A stretch of DNA of 64,000 bases from an uncultured Holophagae bacterium (GTDB lineage: Bacteria; Acidobacteriota; Thermoanaerobaculia; Thermoanaerobaculales; Sulfomarinibacteraceae): the NCBI GenBank assembly GCA_963844865.1, contig CAWJPY010000004.1, positions 80,438 to 144,437 on the forward strand, written 5' to 3'. Below, one piece after another: positions 45,786-54,783 of the stretch (its first letter is position 1; the number at the start of each line of letters is the position of its first letter). Made by a program: the position numbers and the translations under genes. The notes under the pieces were generated by a model. The model ran no database searches and had not been told where the DNA came from. It was given only the letters and a program-made list of their open reading frames with translations.

Positions 45786-46787
45786 TCATGGCCGCTCAAA
45801 CGTCAGGCTCACGTTCGTCCCGCCAAATCCAAACGAGTTCACCAGGAACCGCGAAAATGTCCTCTTGATGGTCGTCTCGGAATAATTGAGCACGAACTCC
45901 GGACTGTTGCACGTTTCGATGCCTGGTGTCTCACCACGCTTCTGGAATGCCAAAACACCATGGATCTCCACCGCTGCACAGGCACCGAGTGTGTGTCCGA
46001 CTCTGTGTTTCTCAGCGACGATGAAGGGCAGGTCTCGAAACACACGCTGCATTCCCCGATACTCGGCGAGGTCACCCTTCGATGTTCCCGTCGCGTGCGC
46101 CACGACCAGATCGATCTCAGGACGCCCCGCCATTTCCAGCGCCTGAACCATGCACTCCGTAATGTACTCCGAGCGCGGCTCTGGCATGACGCGATGATAG
46201 GCATCACAGGTCATTCCAACACCCGTGATCTCTGCCACCACCTGGCGAGGCCGAACCTCCTCAGCCTCCAAGATGAGGACCCCGGCGCCCGCTGAGGGCA
46301 GGAAGCCGTCCCGCCGCAGATCGAACGGTCTGCACACGCCGCACTTCGTCACGGCACCGGTCCTGCGAAATCCCTCTTCCGTCTTTGGAGAAAGCTCATC
46401 GGCTCCTCCCACGATCGCCCGATCGATGACGCCTCCCTTGATCAGCTGATATCCCGTGGCGATCGCATACGCTGCACTCGCGCAGGCCGCTGCCGTGGCA
46501 AATGCTGGTCCATGAACATCGTATTGGCGCGCTATGGCGCTCGCTGCTTCTCCGGGATGAAAGTTGGAGATGAAGTACGGCCCAACTCTGCCGCTCTCAA
46601 AGGACCGTGTCCCACCGAGTCCACTCCCCATGATGATCCCGGTCCGATCGAAACTGCTGACTCGACTGTCTCCGACCGCACTTTCCACGGCCGTCCGAGC
46701 GAGCTCGACAAAAGATCGCTCCGCAGCGGCCGCACCCCAGACGGCACCGGTACCGGACACGAACACCCTTCTCGCTATGTCCGTCAA
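45786..46787 (-). CDS. Stand-alone, shortened beta-ketoacyl synthase (FabB/FabF-like)
   Basis: AACASA (Cys), CRPFD..RDGF, AHATGT (His), KHRVGHTLGA (His), NSFGFGGTN; 333 aa; lower GC. Confidence 0.88.
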   Translation of the reverse strand: MTDIARRVFVSGTGAVWGAAAAERSFVELARTAVESAVGDSRVSSFDRTGIIMGSGLGGTRSFESGRVGPYFISNFHPGEAASAIARQYDVHGPAFATAAACASAAYAIATGYQLIKGGVIDRAIVGGADELSPKTEEGFRRTGAVTKCGVCRPFDLRRDGFLPSAGAGVLILEAEEVRPRQVVAEITGVGMTCDAYHRVMPEPRSEYITECMVQALEMAGRPEIDLVVAHATGTSKGDLAEYRGMQRVFRDLPFIVAEKHRVGHTLGACAAVEIHGVLAFQKRGETPGIETCNSPEFVLNYSETTIKRTFSRFLVNSFGFGGTNVSLTFERP

Positions 46788-46883
46788 CAGTGACTCCCTA
46801 CGCGAAACGTCAGACGGTTCTTAAGAGAAAAACCAACATCCGGGGCGAGAATCGCAATCACAAACAGACGACGCCCATGACAG

Positions 46884-48348
46884 TCAGGGCTTTCTGACGA
46901 GCAGGAAGAAGAACGCGCCATTCGGCTCTTTCACGACCTCAATCTCGGTGGACTCCGGCAACTTGCGGGTCAGCTCTCGCATCTCCTCTTCGTTCCGATA
47001 TATCAAGGACCAGTCGGTCAACATCTCTGCAGACCAGAAGAAATCGTTGGGTGCGACGGCGTTTCCTACCGCAATCAGGCCTCCCGGAGCGAGCAAATCG
47101 TACATCGCGCCGATGAGCTTCTGGGCACTGAACTTCTTGAGGTAGTCGAAGACGCCGGCCGCATAGATGAAGTGCTGAGATCCCGGCTCTCGCAAGGGAA
47201 GGCCCTCGGTCAGCATCTGCCCGAATGCCAGATTGAGCAGATGGAGATCGACCGAGAGCCCCACTTGCTGATCTCCTTCTGGCTTGCCCTGTAGGCTGCG
47301 CTCAACGCCTTCTTCCGGATCGATGAGCGTCCAGGCCATCCTCCCGGGCCATCCTTTGACCTTTGCAATGTACTCTGACGCTTCGCGGGCGGGACCGCAG
47401 CCCAGGCTCACGATTCTGAAGTCGCTCTCTTCGCCGCTCGATTCGACAATCCGCCGATGCTCCCCTGCGATCAACTCGACCACGAGGTCTTTGCGTCCGC
47501 GCACGCCGGCACACAGAGGATGCTGGAGACTGACCTTGTGCATGGCCCGCGCAAAGACGGAATCACCTTCGAACGATCGTTGTAGTAATACGACATCAGT
47601 TGATAGTCCCCCGGATAGCCAAGGGGTTTGTAGTAGGCCCGGCTGTCGTGGGGAACATCGTGGATGAGTGGGACAAGGAGCGTCTCGGTGAACTCTTTGG
47701 CAGCGAGAAGTACGTTCCGCTGTTCGAGGAACCGGGATGCGATGATCGCCGCTTGCGTCTCGAGCCGTCTCCTCGGCTCGAGTAACGCATCCGCTGCTCG
47801 AGCGGTGAGTCGAGGATCCCCGGCTCACCGGCTCCCTCCGCGCGCAGCCGTTGTTCATGGTAGTCCAGCGAACGTCGATGGTACTGGAAAAAGTGCCCGA
47901 TGCGGCCGACGATCGCCTGGTAGTCCGCCGGGACCAGCCGTTCCACAGCGGCCGGTCCCTCGCACAGGCTGCGCTCGAGCTTCTTCTCGTCGTCGCGTCT
48001 CTGCATCGCGGGGAGATCCAGGAACCCGTTGGTCAACCCGAGACCGATCTGGGAACCCCGTGACCCACGCTCGATGCGAGCGACGCGGGCCGCACCCTCG
48101 TAGACCTCCTCGTTGTACAGGAGAAGCGAGAGCCGAAGTTCCTGCCCCACCTGCCACTCGGACTGTCGCCCATTCAGCAAGAGGGACACTCCATTCATGG
48201 AAACGTCGAAGACCGGGAACGCTTCGCCTTCAATTACGACTTTGGGCGTCGCGTCGCGCGACAACAACTCACGAATGGGCTGGCGGTCGGGCCGATAAAA
48301 CACTGAGCGACCGACCGCACCGATGAGCGACTCATATGATTTCGCCAT
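46884..48348 (-). CDS. PilZ-like plus SAM-dependent methyltransferase, PhcB-like (3-hydroxy fatty acid methyl ester signal synthase family); broken by at least two frameshifts
   Basis: N-terminal RPDRQPIR/DVSMNG; a middle frame absent from the ORF track (~47580-47810) reads ...EFTETLLVPLIHDVPHDSRAYYKPLGYPGDYQLMSYYY; then FEGDSVFARAMH, RIVSLGCGPARE, FIYAAGVFDYL, PGGLIAVGN, DWSLIYR. Confidence 0.78.
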
Positions 48349-48395
48349 CACACGCTCTCCCTGCGTTCGTCAACGGCCACGAATCTCCATCCGCG

Positions 48396-51134
48396 TCACA
48401 CGAACTCCGATGTCGGCTCGCTCTCACGGGGCCGCCGTCTTCCAACGGCTGGGATCTCAACCACGAAACATGCGCCCCGGCCCGTCTGCCTGAGGGGGCG
48501 GAGCTCTCCTCCGTGCTCCTCCATGATCTGTCGAGATAAGTACAGCCCGAGCCCGGTCCCGGTTCCGTCCTTTCGGCGGGTGTAGAACGGGTTGAATATC
48601 CGTTCGGCATCCTCGGTGGCGATACCCGTCCCGTCGTCACACACCTTGACCTGCAACGTGTCTCCATCTTCCTCCACGTGGAGCCAGAGGGTAGCAGCTC
48701 CCGCCCGGATCGCGTTGTCGATCAGGTTGAGCAGCACCTGGTTGATGGGTCCCGCCGGCGCCCGCGCGAGGCGGTCGGTTTCGTACTCCCGGTGCACGGT
48801 CACGCCCTCCAAGCGATGTGCGAGGAGGGTCAACGTCGCATCCAGGCCTTCCCGAATGTCACAGCTGTGGGTGACCCCCGCCTCGGCCGGGCGCGCATGG
48901 GAGTCGAGGGCGGTGGTGATCCCCTCGATCCGCTGTGCGCCGTCGGCGATGACCTGGATGAGCTGCCTCGTCATCTCGGGCTTGGACCTGCCCCCCGATA
49001 GCACCCTGGCGGCATTGAGGATGGCATTCACGGGATTCCGCACCTCGTGCAGTATGCCGGCCGCGAGCGTGCCCACCGCCGCCAGCTTCTCCTGCTGGGC
49101 GAGCTGCAGTCCGAGGGCCCGAAGCCTGAGCTGGGCCCGGATCCGAGCCATCAGCACCCGGGGGTGAAACGGCTTGGCCACGAAGTCGTCCGCGCCGTGC
49201 GCATACGCTTCCAGGGTCGCCTCCGAGCCCACCCTCGCCGTGAGCAGGATGACCGGCGTGGCCCGCAGCGCCGGATCGCTCTTGATGGCCCGGGCGAGAT
49301 CCGTGCCGCTCATCTCCGGCATCATCACGTCCGAGACCACCAGATCGGGCGACTCGGCACGCACCAGCTCCCACGCTTCGCGCCCGTTCTCGGCCAGCAA
49401 CAGCTCGTAGTGGGGCCGAAGCAGCGTCCGGATGAACTCCCGCACTTCCTCGTGGTCCTCCACGAGGAGGATGCGAGCCCGTCTGAGCCCATCGAACAAG
49501 ACCGGCGGGTCCACCACCCCGCGCAACTCCTCGAAGTTCCGCTCGATCTCGCCCCCACCCTCCTCGACGTCCAGGGGCAGCAGGTCCTCAGCCCGCCGTC
49601 CCTGCGCGGCCTCGCGATCGAACTGCTGGCGCCGTTCCACGACCTCCGGCCGGATGTGCTCGCGACCGAAGGGAAGGACCACCCTGAACCGGGTAAACAC
49701 CTCAGGTTCAGACGCAACCTCGATGGTCCCTCCGTGGAGCTCGACGAGCTCCTTGGCCAGGGCCAGACCGATCCCCACTCCCCCTTCGCGCCGCCGGTCA
49801 CCCGGACTCACCTGGAAGAAGCGTTCGAACACCTTCGGCAGGTCTTCGGGGGGAATTCCCGGACCGGAGTCTTCGACCTCGACACAGACACCTCCATCGA
49901 CATCAGCGATCCTTATGGAGATCTTCCCTCCAGCCGGCGTGAACTTGATCGCATTGCTGACCAAGTTCGTGAACACGATCTCGAGCCGATGAGCATCGCC
50001 CCAGATCTTTGCACCAGGCGCATCACTGATCAGCGTAAAATCGATGGACTTTGCCATCGCGGCAGGCAGGCTGTTCTCGTGCACGCTCGCTGCCACGGTT
50101 CTCACATCCATCTCGGCAAGGTTGAGGCGCAATCCTCCTGCATCCAAGCGCGACAGGTCGAGAAGATCGTTGATCAGGCCCAGCAGGCGCTCGGCGTTTC
50201 GCCGGATGACATGGACCTGTTGCCTGTGGCTCGGGTTTTCGATGTCCTCTGTAAGCTCGGCAAGAGGTGCCAAGATCAGTGTCAGCGGGGTCCGCAACTC
50301 GTGGGAGACGTTTGCGAAGAACTTGCTCTTCAGGCGATCGAAGCCCTTCAGATCTTCCAGAGCGCGTTGGAGGTCGATGGAGGTCTGGGCCAGGTCGAGA
50401 CGGGCTTCCGATTCACGTTGCGCCACAGCAGAAAGCTGCGCCCTGCTCGAGTAGTCCCTTCGCGCCAGGTCATACTTGAAGTATGCCGCGTACACGCTGA
50501 TGACGGCTGATGTCAATACAAAAAAGGCACTCTGGACAACGTCGCGAACAGCCACATCCCCAGTCCATCCTGCCGCGAAGATGGCGACACTGAATCCGAG
50601 TGAAACCAACAGCACAGACATCGTCCATCGTGGCGGCCACATGGGGACGAGACCAGTGGCAAAGAACGTGACCGCAAATCCCAACACATAGCCCGGGAGA
50701 TACTCACCTGACAAGGGAAGCATGGGCGCAACGCCATTCACGTACGCCAGGCATACGATGACCCACGCTTCCCAGGTATAGCGCGCAAGTCCGAACTTGT
50801 GCACGCTGATAGCAACGAGGGTGACAACCGTTACGACACCCAAGCGCAAGGCGAGGAAGTGCGCCCAGTGCGTCGGCAGAAGGACGTAGTCGAAAATGCT
50901 CCATGTTAGGTATACCGGATTGAAAATGCATGCCGTCCAGAAAAGATTCCGTAGGTTTCGCTGTCGAAGTTCCGCGTGAAAGGACGCGATATCGAGATCC
51001 ACTTCAGGAGTCTGAAAGGGAACGCGTTTGCCCTCCAGTCTCGGAGAGACCGGCTCGCGCAGGCTTGTACCCGCGAGTGCCACCGTGGGACTTCCTCCGA
51101 CGGCCTCCCAATGGGAATCTTCGACTTGTTTCAT
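48396..51134 (-). CDS. Membrane sensor double hybrid kinase: ~6 TM - HisKA - HATPase - REC - HisKA - HATPase
   Basis: TM block (WSIFDYVLLP..FLALRL); FFANVSHELRTPL; NLVSNAIKFT; RILLVEDH/SDVMMP/KPF; second LAAGILHEVRNP and GTGLGL; start uncertain. Confidence 0.9.
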   Translation of the reverse strand: MKQVEDSHWEAVGGSPTVALAGTSLREPVSPRLEGKRVPFQTPEVDLDIASFHAELRQRNLRNLFWTACIFNPVYLTWSIFDYVLLPTHWAHFLALRLGVVTVVTLVAISVHKFGLARYTWEAWVIVCLAYVNGVAPMLPLSGEYLPGYVLGFAVTFFATGLVPMWPPRWTMSVLLVSLGFSVAIFAAGWTGDVAVRDVVQSAFFVLTSAVISVYAAYFKYDLARRDYSSRAQLSAVAQRESEARLDLAQTSIDLQRALEDLKGFDRLKSKFFANVSHELRTPLTLILAPLAELTEDIENPSHRQQVHVIRRNAERLLGLINDLLDLSRLDAGGLRLNLAEMDVRTVAASVHENSLPAAMAKSIDFTLISDAPGAKIWGDAHRLEIVFTNLVSNAIKFTPAGGKISIRIADVDGGVCVEVEDSGPGIPPEDLPKVFERFFQVSPGDRRREGGVGIGLALAKELVELHGGTIEVASEPEVFTRFRVVLPFGREHIRPEVVERRQQFDREAAQGRRAEDLLPLDVEEGGGEIERNFEELRGVVDPPVLFDGLRRARILLVEDHEEVREFIRTLLRPHYELLLAENGREAWELVRAESPDLVVSDVMMPEMSGTDLARAIKSDPALRATPVILLTARVGSEATLEAYAHGADDFVAKPFHPRVLMARIRAQLRLRALGLQLAQQEKLAAVGTLAAGILHEVRNPVNAILNAARVLSGGRSKPEMTRQLIQVIADGAQRIEGITTALDSHARPAEAGVTHSCDIREGLDATLTLLAHRLEGVTVHREYETDRLARAPAGPINQVLLNLIDNAIRAGAATLWLHVEEDGDTLQVKVCDDGTGIATEDAERIFNPFYTRRKDGTGTGLGLYLSRQIMEEHGGELRPLRQTGRGACFVVEIPAVGRRRPRESEPTSEFV

Positions 51135-51245
51135 ACCCCAGCATTCTAACACTCGGGCGGAGAAAGAGATGGTAGTCAGCGAACCGCACTCTATCGCGTG
51201 ACGAGTTGGGCTGCCAGCTTCTCTCCGCAGCCTCGAAGGAGGTCT

Positions 51246-51265
51246 AAAAGCCCTTCGCAGGGCTT
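51246..51265 (-). terminator. Possible hairpin plus short U-tract upstream of the sensor kinase
   Basis: Minus strand AAGCCCT-GCGA-AGGGCTT followed by TT. Confidence 0.3.
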
Positions 51266-51571
51266 CTAACCGTCGGGGCGGCGGGCGAAGGGAATGGAGG
51301 CGACCTCTTGACCTCAGGGCGGTGCCGAGACCATCGGGCCGATCACCCGCCTGGTACCCCGTCGCCGCGGCGCCCAACTTGCCTCCGTCCAGGGCGGTCT
51401 CGCGGACCCCGTTGTGCAGGGCTCGCACCCACAACTAGTCGTCACCGGCCACTGCACCACGCTGGGACAGCTTTGGTTAGAATTGATTCTTGAGAACGGC
51501 TTCTTGGAGCATGGACCGTATTTCAGATCGGGCATCGAGTGTGCATATACCAGCGGCCGGGAGCACTTGAC

Positions 51572-52855
51572 GTGAGCTTCACACACTTCCCAGTGGTCGA
51601 GATCATCCTCATCGGCAGCTTCGCACTGCTGCTGGTCACCGTGTTTCTGCTCGGCCGTCTGTCGACGCCAGGCGCCTCCCGGCGCACCGCGCAGCCTCAG
51701 GCGCCGGCAGATCCCCAGTCCGCTGCGTCTCCCTTGCGCCGTCTCGAGCATGACCTGTCGGTCATGGTGGACTTCATGAACGAGTACACGGTCCTGATGT
51801 CCGACCTCAACGAACAGACCGAGGTGCGCGGCATCCCCGCGGTCCTCCTCAACGCCATGGTCCGCATGTTCAGGGCCGAGCAGGCGGCCGTCCTGGTGCC
51901 GCGACGGGGGACCTTCGTGGACCCGAAACGCGTCGACCGCATGATCGTGGCCGCCGCGGCCACCAGTGAGCGGGGGCTCGACGTGGGGACCGAGGTGCCC
52001 ATCGGGGAGGGGCAGCTCGGCATGGTTGCGGAGACCCGGCGGGTGATGGATCGCGCCGACTTCAGTCAGATGGCGGCCTCGAACCAGGCCAGGTTCCGAT
52101 CCTCGCACCTTCCGATCTTCGAGGTGGCGGCGCCGATGGTGCACGGCGACAACACCCTCGGTGTGATCGCCTTCTCGCGGCCGCAACGGCACCACCCGTA
52201 TGAGAAGGAGATGCTCCAGATGATCGCCAAGCTCGGCGCCATCACCTGGCACAATCTCACCGCCTACCGCAACGTCCAGGTGGCGGCGGACGTGGACGAG
52301 CTCACCAGGATCTTCAACAAGCGCGCGCTGAAGACGCAGCTGAGCGAGCTCGTGCTCCGCGCGCGGTCCTCGGGCGGCCGGGTGGGCCTGTTCCTGTTCG
52401 ACATCGACCACTTCAAGAACTACAACGACCAGAACGGCCACATCGCAGGGGACGAGGCGCTCCGGTTGCTGGCACGGATCGTCAAGGACAGCGTCCGAGC
52501 GGATGACATTTTCGGCCGCTTCGGTGGCGAGGAGTTCCTGCTCATCATGCCCGGACGCACACCAGCCCAGGCGATGAGCGCCGCGGGGAACATCCGTCAG
52601 CGCATCGAGATGTACGACTTCCCCTTCGGGGAGAAGCAGCCCCTGCGCAGGGTCACCGTGAGCGGCGGCGTCGCCACGTTTCCCGATGACGCCCGGGACG
52701 CCGTGGAGCTCCTGCTGGCCGCCGATGACGCCCTGTATCGGGCAAAGGGCGCCGGCCGGAACAAAGTCCTCCGGGCCGAAACCGGTCTCAACCCCATGCC
52801 GGTACCCCATTCCATCCAGCTCAATGACGACGACGACGAGGCATCCCACGCCTGA
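51572..52855 (+). CDS. Membrane-anchored GAF-GGDEF diguanylate cyclase
   Basis: N-terminal TM; GAF; DELTRIFNKR, DIDHFKNYND..GHIAGD, I-site RADD, GRFGGEEF. Confidence 0.9.
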   Translation: MSFTHFPVVEIILIGSFALLLVTVFLLGRLSTPGASRRTAQPQAPADPQSAASPLRRLEHDLSVMVDFMNEYTVLMSDLNEQTEVRGIPAVLLNAMVRMFRAEQAAVLVPRRGTFVDPKRVDRMIVAAAATSERGLDVGTEVPIGEGQLGMVAETRRVMDRADFSQMAASNQARFRSSHLPIFEVAAPMVHGDNTLGVIAFSRPQRHHPYEKEMLQMIAKLGAITWHNLTAYRNVQVAADVDELTRIFNKRALKTQLSELVLRARSSGGRVGLFLFDIDHFKNYNDQNGHIAGDEALRLLARIVKDSVRADDIFGRFGGEEFLLIMPGRTPAQAMSAAGNIRQRIEMYDFPFGEKQPLRRVTVSGGVATFPDDARDAVELLLAADDALYRAKGAGRNKVLRAETGLNPMPVPHSIQLNDDDDEASHA

Positions 52856-53014
52856 ACCGCCTTCCCGGGAACCGCCGTAACACCTTCTCTGGGCCACTTC
52901 GATCACCATCCCCGTCGTGAACGCCTGTGCACCTGCGCGCATCCGATTCGCGAGGAATAGCTCCTTCGCCGACCCTGTTGTCCGCGGCACACAACGGCCA
53001 CACGAGGAGGCGAC

Positions 53015-53500
53015 ATGAGACGCGTACGCAACTTGATCCTTATGGGAGTCATCACCTTCGCCGCCGCGGCGACCGCCGCCGCCCACTGTCAGATCCCGTG
53101 CGGCATCTATGACGACGAGCTGCGAGTGAAGATGATCGAGGAGGACATCGCCACCATCGACAAGTCCATGCAGCAGATCTCGGCGCTCAGCAGCGGCAAG
53201 AGAACCGCTCTCGACGAAAACCAGCTCGTGCGCTGGGTGATGAACAAGGAGGACCACGCGCAGAAGATCCAGGACGTGGTCACGTCCTACTTCATGGCGC
53301 AGAGGATCAAGCCGGTGCCGCCTTCGGACACCGCAGGGCACGCCGCCTACGTCACCCGGCTCACGCTCCTCCACCAGCTCCAGGTGGAGGCGATGGAGGC
53401 CAAACAGACGGTGGACCCGTTGCACGTGGAGGCGATGCGCCAGCTCGTCAAGGCCTTCCGAAAAGCCTACTTCGGCGAAGAAGGCCCCCATACGCACTGA
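53015..53500 (+). CDS. sodN: Nickel superoxide dismutase precursor
   Basis: Signal peptide ending AAA followed by Ni-hook HCQIPCGIYDD; NQLVRWVMNKEDHA. Confidence 0.9.
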   Translation: MRRVRNLILMGVITFAAAATAAAHCQIPCGIYDDELRVKMIEEDIATIDKSMQQISALSSGKRTALDENQLVRWVMNKEDHAQKIQDVVTSYFMAQRIKPVPPSDTAGHAAYVTRLTLLHQLQVEAMEAKQTVDPLHVEAMRQLVKAFRKAYFGEEGPHTH

Positions 53501-53602
53501 CCACCAGCGCGCGACGACGACGCCTCGGCGCCGACTGCACACGGTGACCGCACCGACGGCTCACTCTCCGCGCTGACCGCGAAAGCTCGTAGATGCGTCT
53601 GC

Positions 53603-54001
53603 CTAGGACCGGAGCCTGGCATCGAGATCGTCGAGAAACGCCAGCACGGGTCGCGCCAGACGCCGGAGATCGGTGGGGGAGGACACCCCGCCCCCACTCG
53701 CCTGGACGTCCACCCGCACCGACTCCGGCCTCCGGAGGACGAACACCTCCAGGACCACGCGGCGGTACGCATCGCTCTCACCGGACTCCGCCCGGATGGT
53801 GCCCCGCTCCGGATCGCGCTCCTCGACGGCGTAGCCCGACTCGGCCAGGGTGCTGAGGGCGGTCTCCCACACCCGGTCGAAGCTTTCGGCGTACACGCGA
53901 GACCACTGCTCGGGCGCAGGGGGGCCTCCGGACGTACACGCGACCGTCACGGCGAGCAGCGTCAGGGTGAAGCCCAGCAGGACAATGCGCGCACGTTTCA
54001 T
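53603..54001 (-). CDS. Hypothetical lipoprotein
   Basis: Lipobox VTVAC; RVY...FDRVWETAL..L...GY.V...D...GTI pattern. Confidence 0.7.
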   Translation of the reverse strand: MKRARIVLLGFTLTLLAVTVACTSGGPPAPEQWSRVYAESFDRVWETALSTLAESGYAVEERDPERGTIRAESGESDAYRRVVLEVFVLRRPESVRVDVQASGGGVSSPTDLRRLARPVLAFLDDLDARLRS

Positions 54002-54064
54002 GCAGGCAGGATACCTGCACGCCCCCGTGCCTGGGCACCCGGAGGGTTCAGCGCGGCGATCACC

Positions 54065-54553
54065 TCACCGGTGATCGTCCACGAAGCGGTCGTCCGCGAT
54101 GCCGCCGCCGCCCTCCACCCGGCCCTCCATCCAGCCCACTCGGCAGCCCGTGCGATTGTCGATGGCAGGGTTGAAGGGCTTGATGTCGAGCAGCGGCGTG
54201 CCGTCCACCACGTCCAGCTCCGCCAGCGTCAACCGGTTGCCGGCGACCCTCACGAGTCGCACCACCGACAGGCCCAGGGGGTTCGGTCGGCGGGGCGCCC
54301 GGGTGGCGAAGAGGCCCCGCGGCACATCGTCGAGATAGGGCGTCACCACCAGCGAGTATCCGCCTGCCCGATGGAGATGGTAGATCAGGTGGAGGTGGGA
54401 AAAGCCTGCGAGATCCGCCAGGCCCTCTGCGAACTCGTCGAAGATCTCGGCCTCGCCCTCCACTCCCGTCGCGAAACGGGGCTGGATGGGCATGCCAACC
54501 GGCTCGCGGAACGGACTGTGGATGACACCGATCGGTTCGAGGACGACGCTCAT
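54065..54553 (-). CDS. trmO: tRNA (t6A37)-N6-methyltransferase TrmO/TsaA
   Basis: PIGVIHSPF, PIQP, GLFATRAPRRPNPLGLS, DGTPLLDIKP; GGAGG RBS. Confidence 0.88.
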   Translation of the reverse strand: MSVVLEPIGVIHSPFREPVGMPIQPRFATGVEGEAEIFDEFAEGLADLAGFSHLHLIYHLHRAGGYSLVVTPYLDDVPRGLFATRAPRRPNPLGLSVVRLVRVAGNRLTLAELDVVDGTPLLDIKPFNPAIDNRTGCRVGWMEGRVEGGGGIADDRFVDDHR

Positions 54554-54783
54554 CGCACCTCCCGAGCTGGACCCGACCGCCGCTTGAGGGGACGACCCAG
54601 GGCGACCCGGAACCCCACTGGGGCCGCGAGGGCCGCGTGCACATCCCGCATCGGGCCTGGGGCGCGGTCTCCATCCAGCAACATCCTGGTGGCAGGGTAA
54701 CCGACTCCGACGCCGAGCGCGGTGCCCTGGATCGGGCGCCGGATTCAACCCCTCCCCCGGGTCGCACGCGCGCGGACCCGCGA

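Noticed and set aside
45572-45789. Possible acyl carrier protein or peptide gene after the ketosynthase (ATGA overlap at 45789)
   Set aside because: The ATG frame stops after three codons, and no DSL-type phosphopantetheine motif was found in the minus-strand frames.
51180-51540. c-di-GMP riboswitch, tRNA or att site at the edge of the low-GC region
   Set aside because: Only an isolated hairpin; no GGCAAA...GACGCAAA core, no cloverleaf, no flanking direct repeat or integrase.
54554-54783. SAM riboswitch or leader peptide upstream of trmO
   Set aside because: No SAM-I/II consensus recognised; a ~44-codon ORF overlapping the trmO start has no supporting features.
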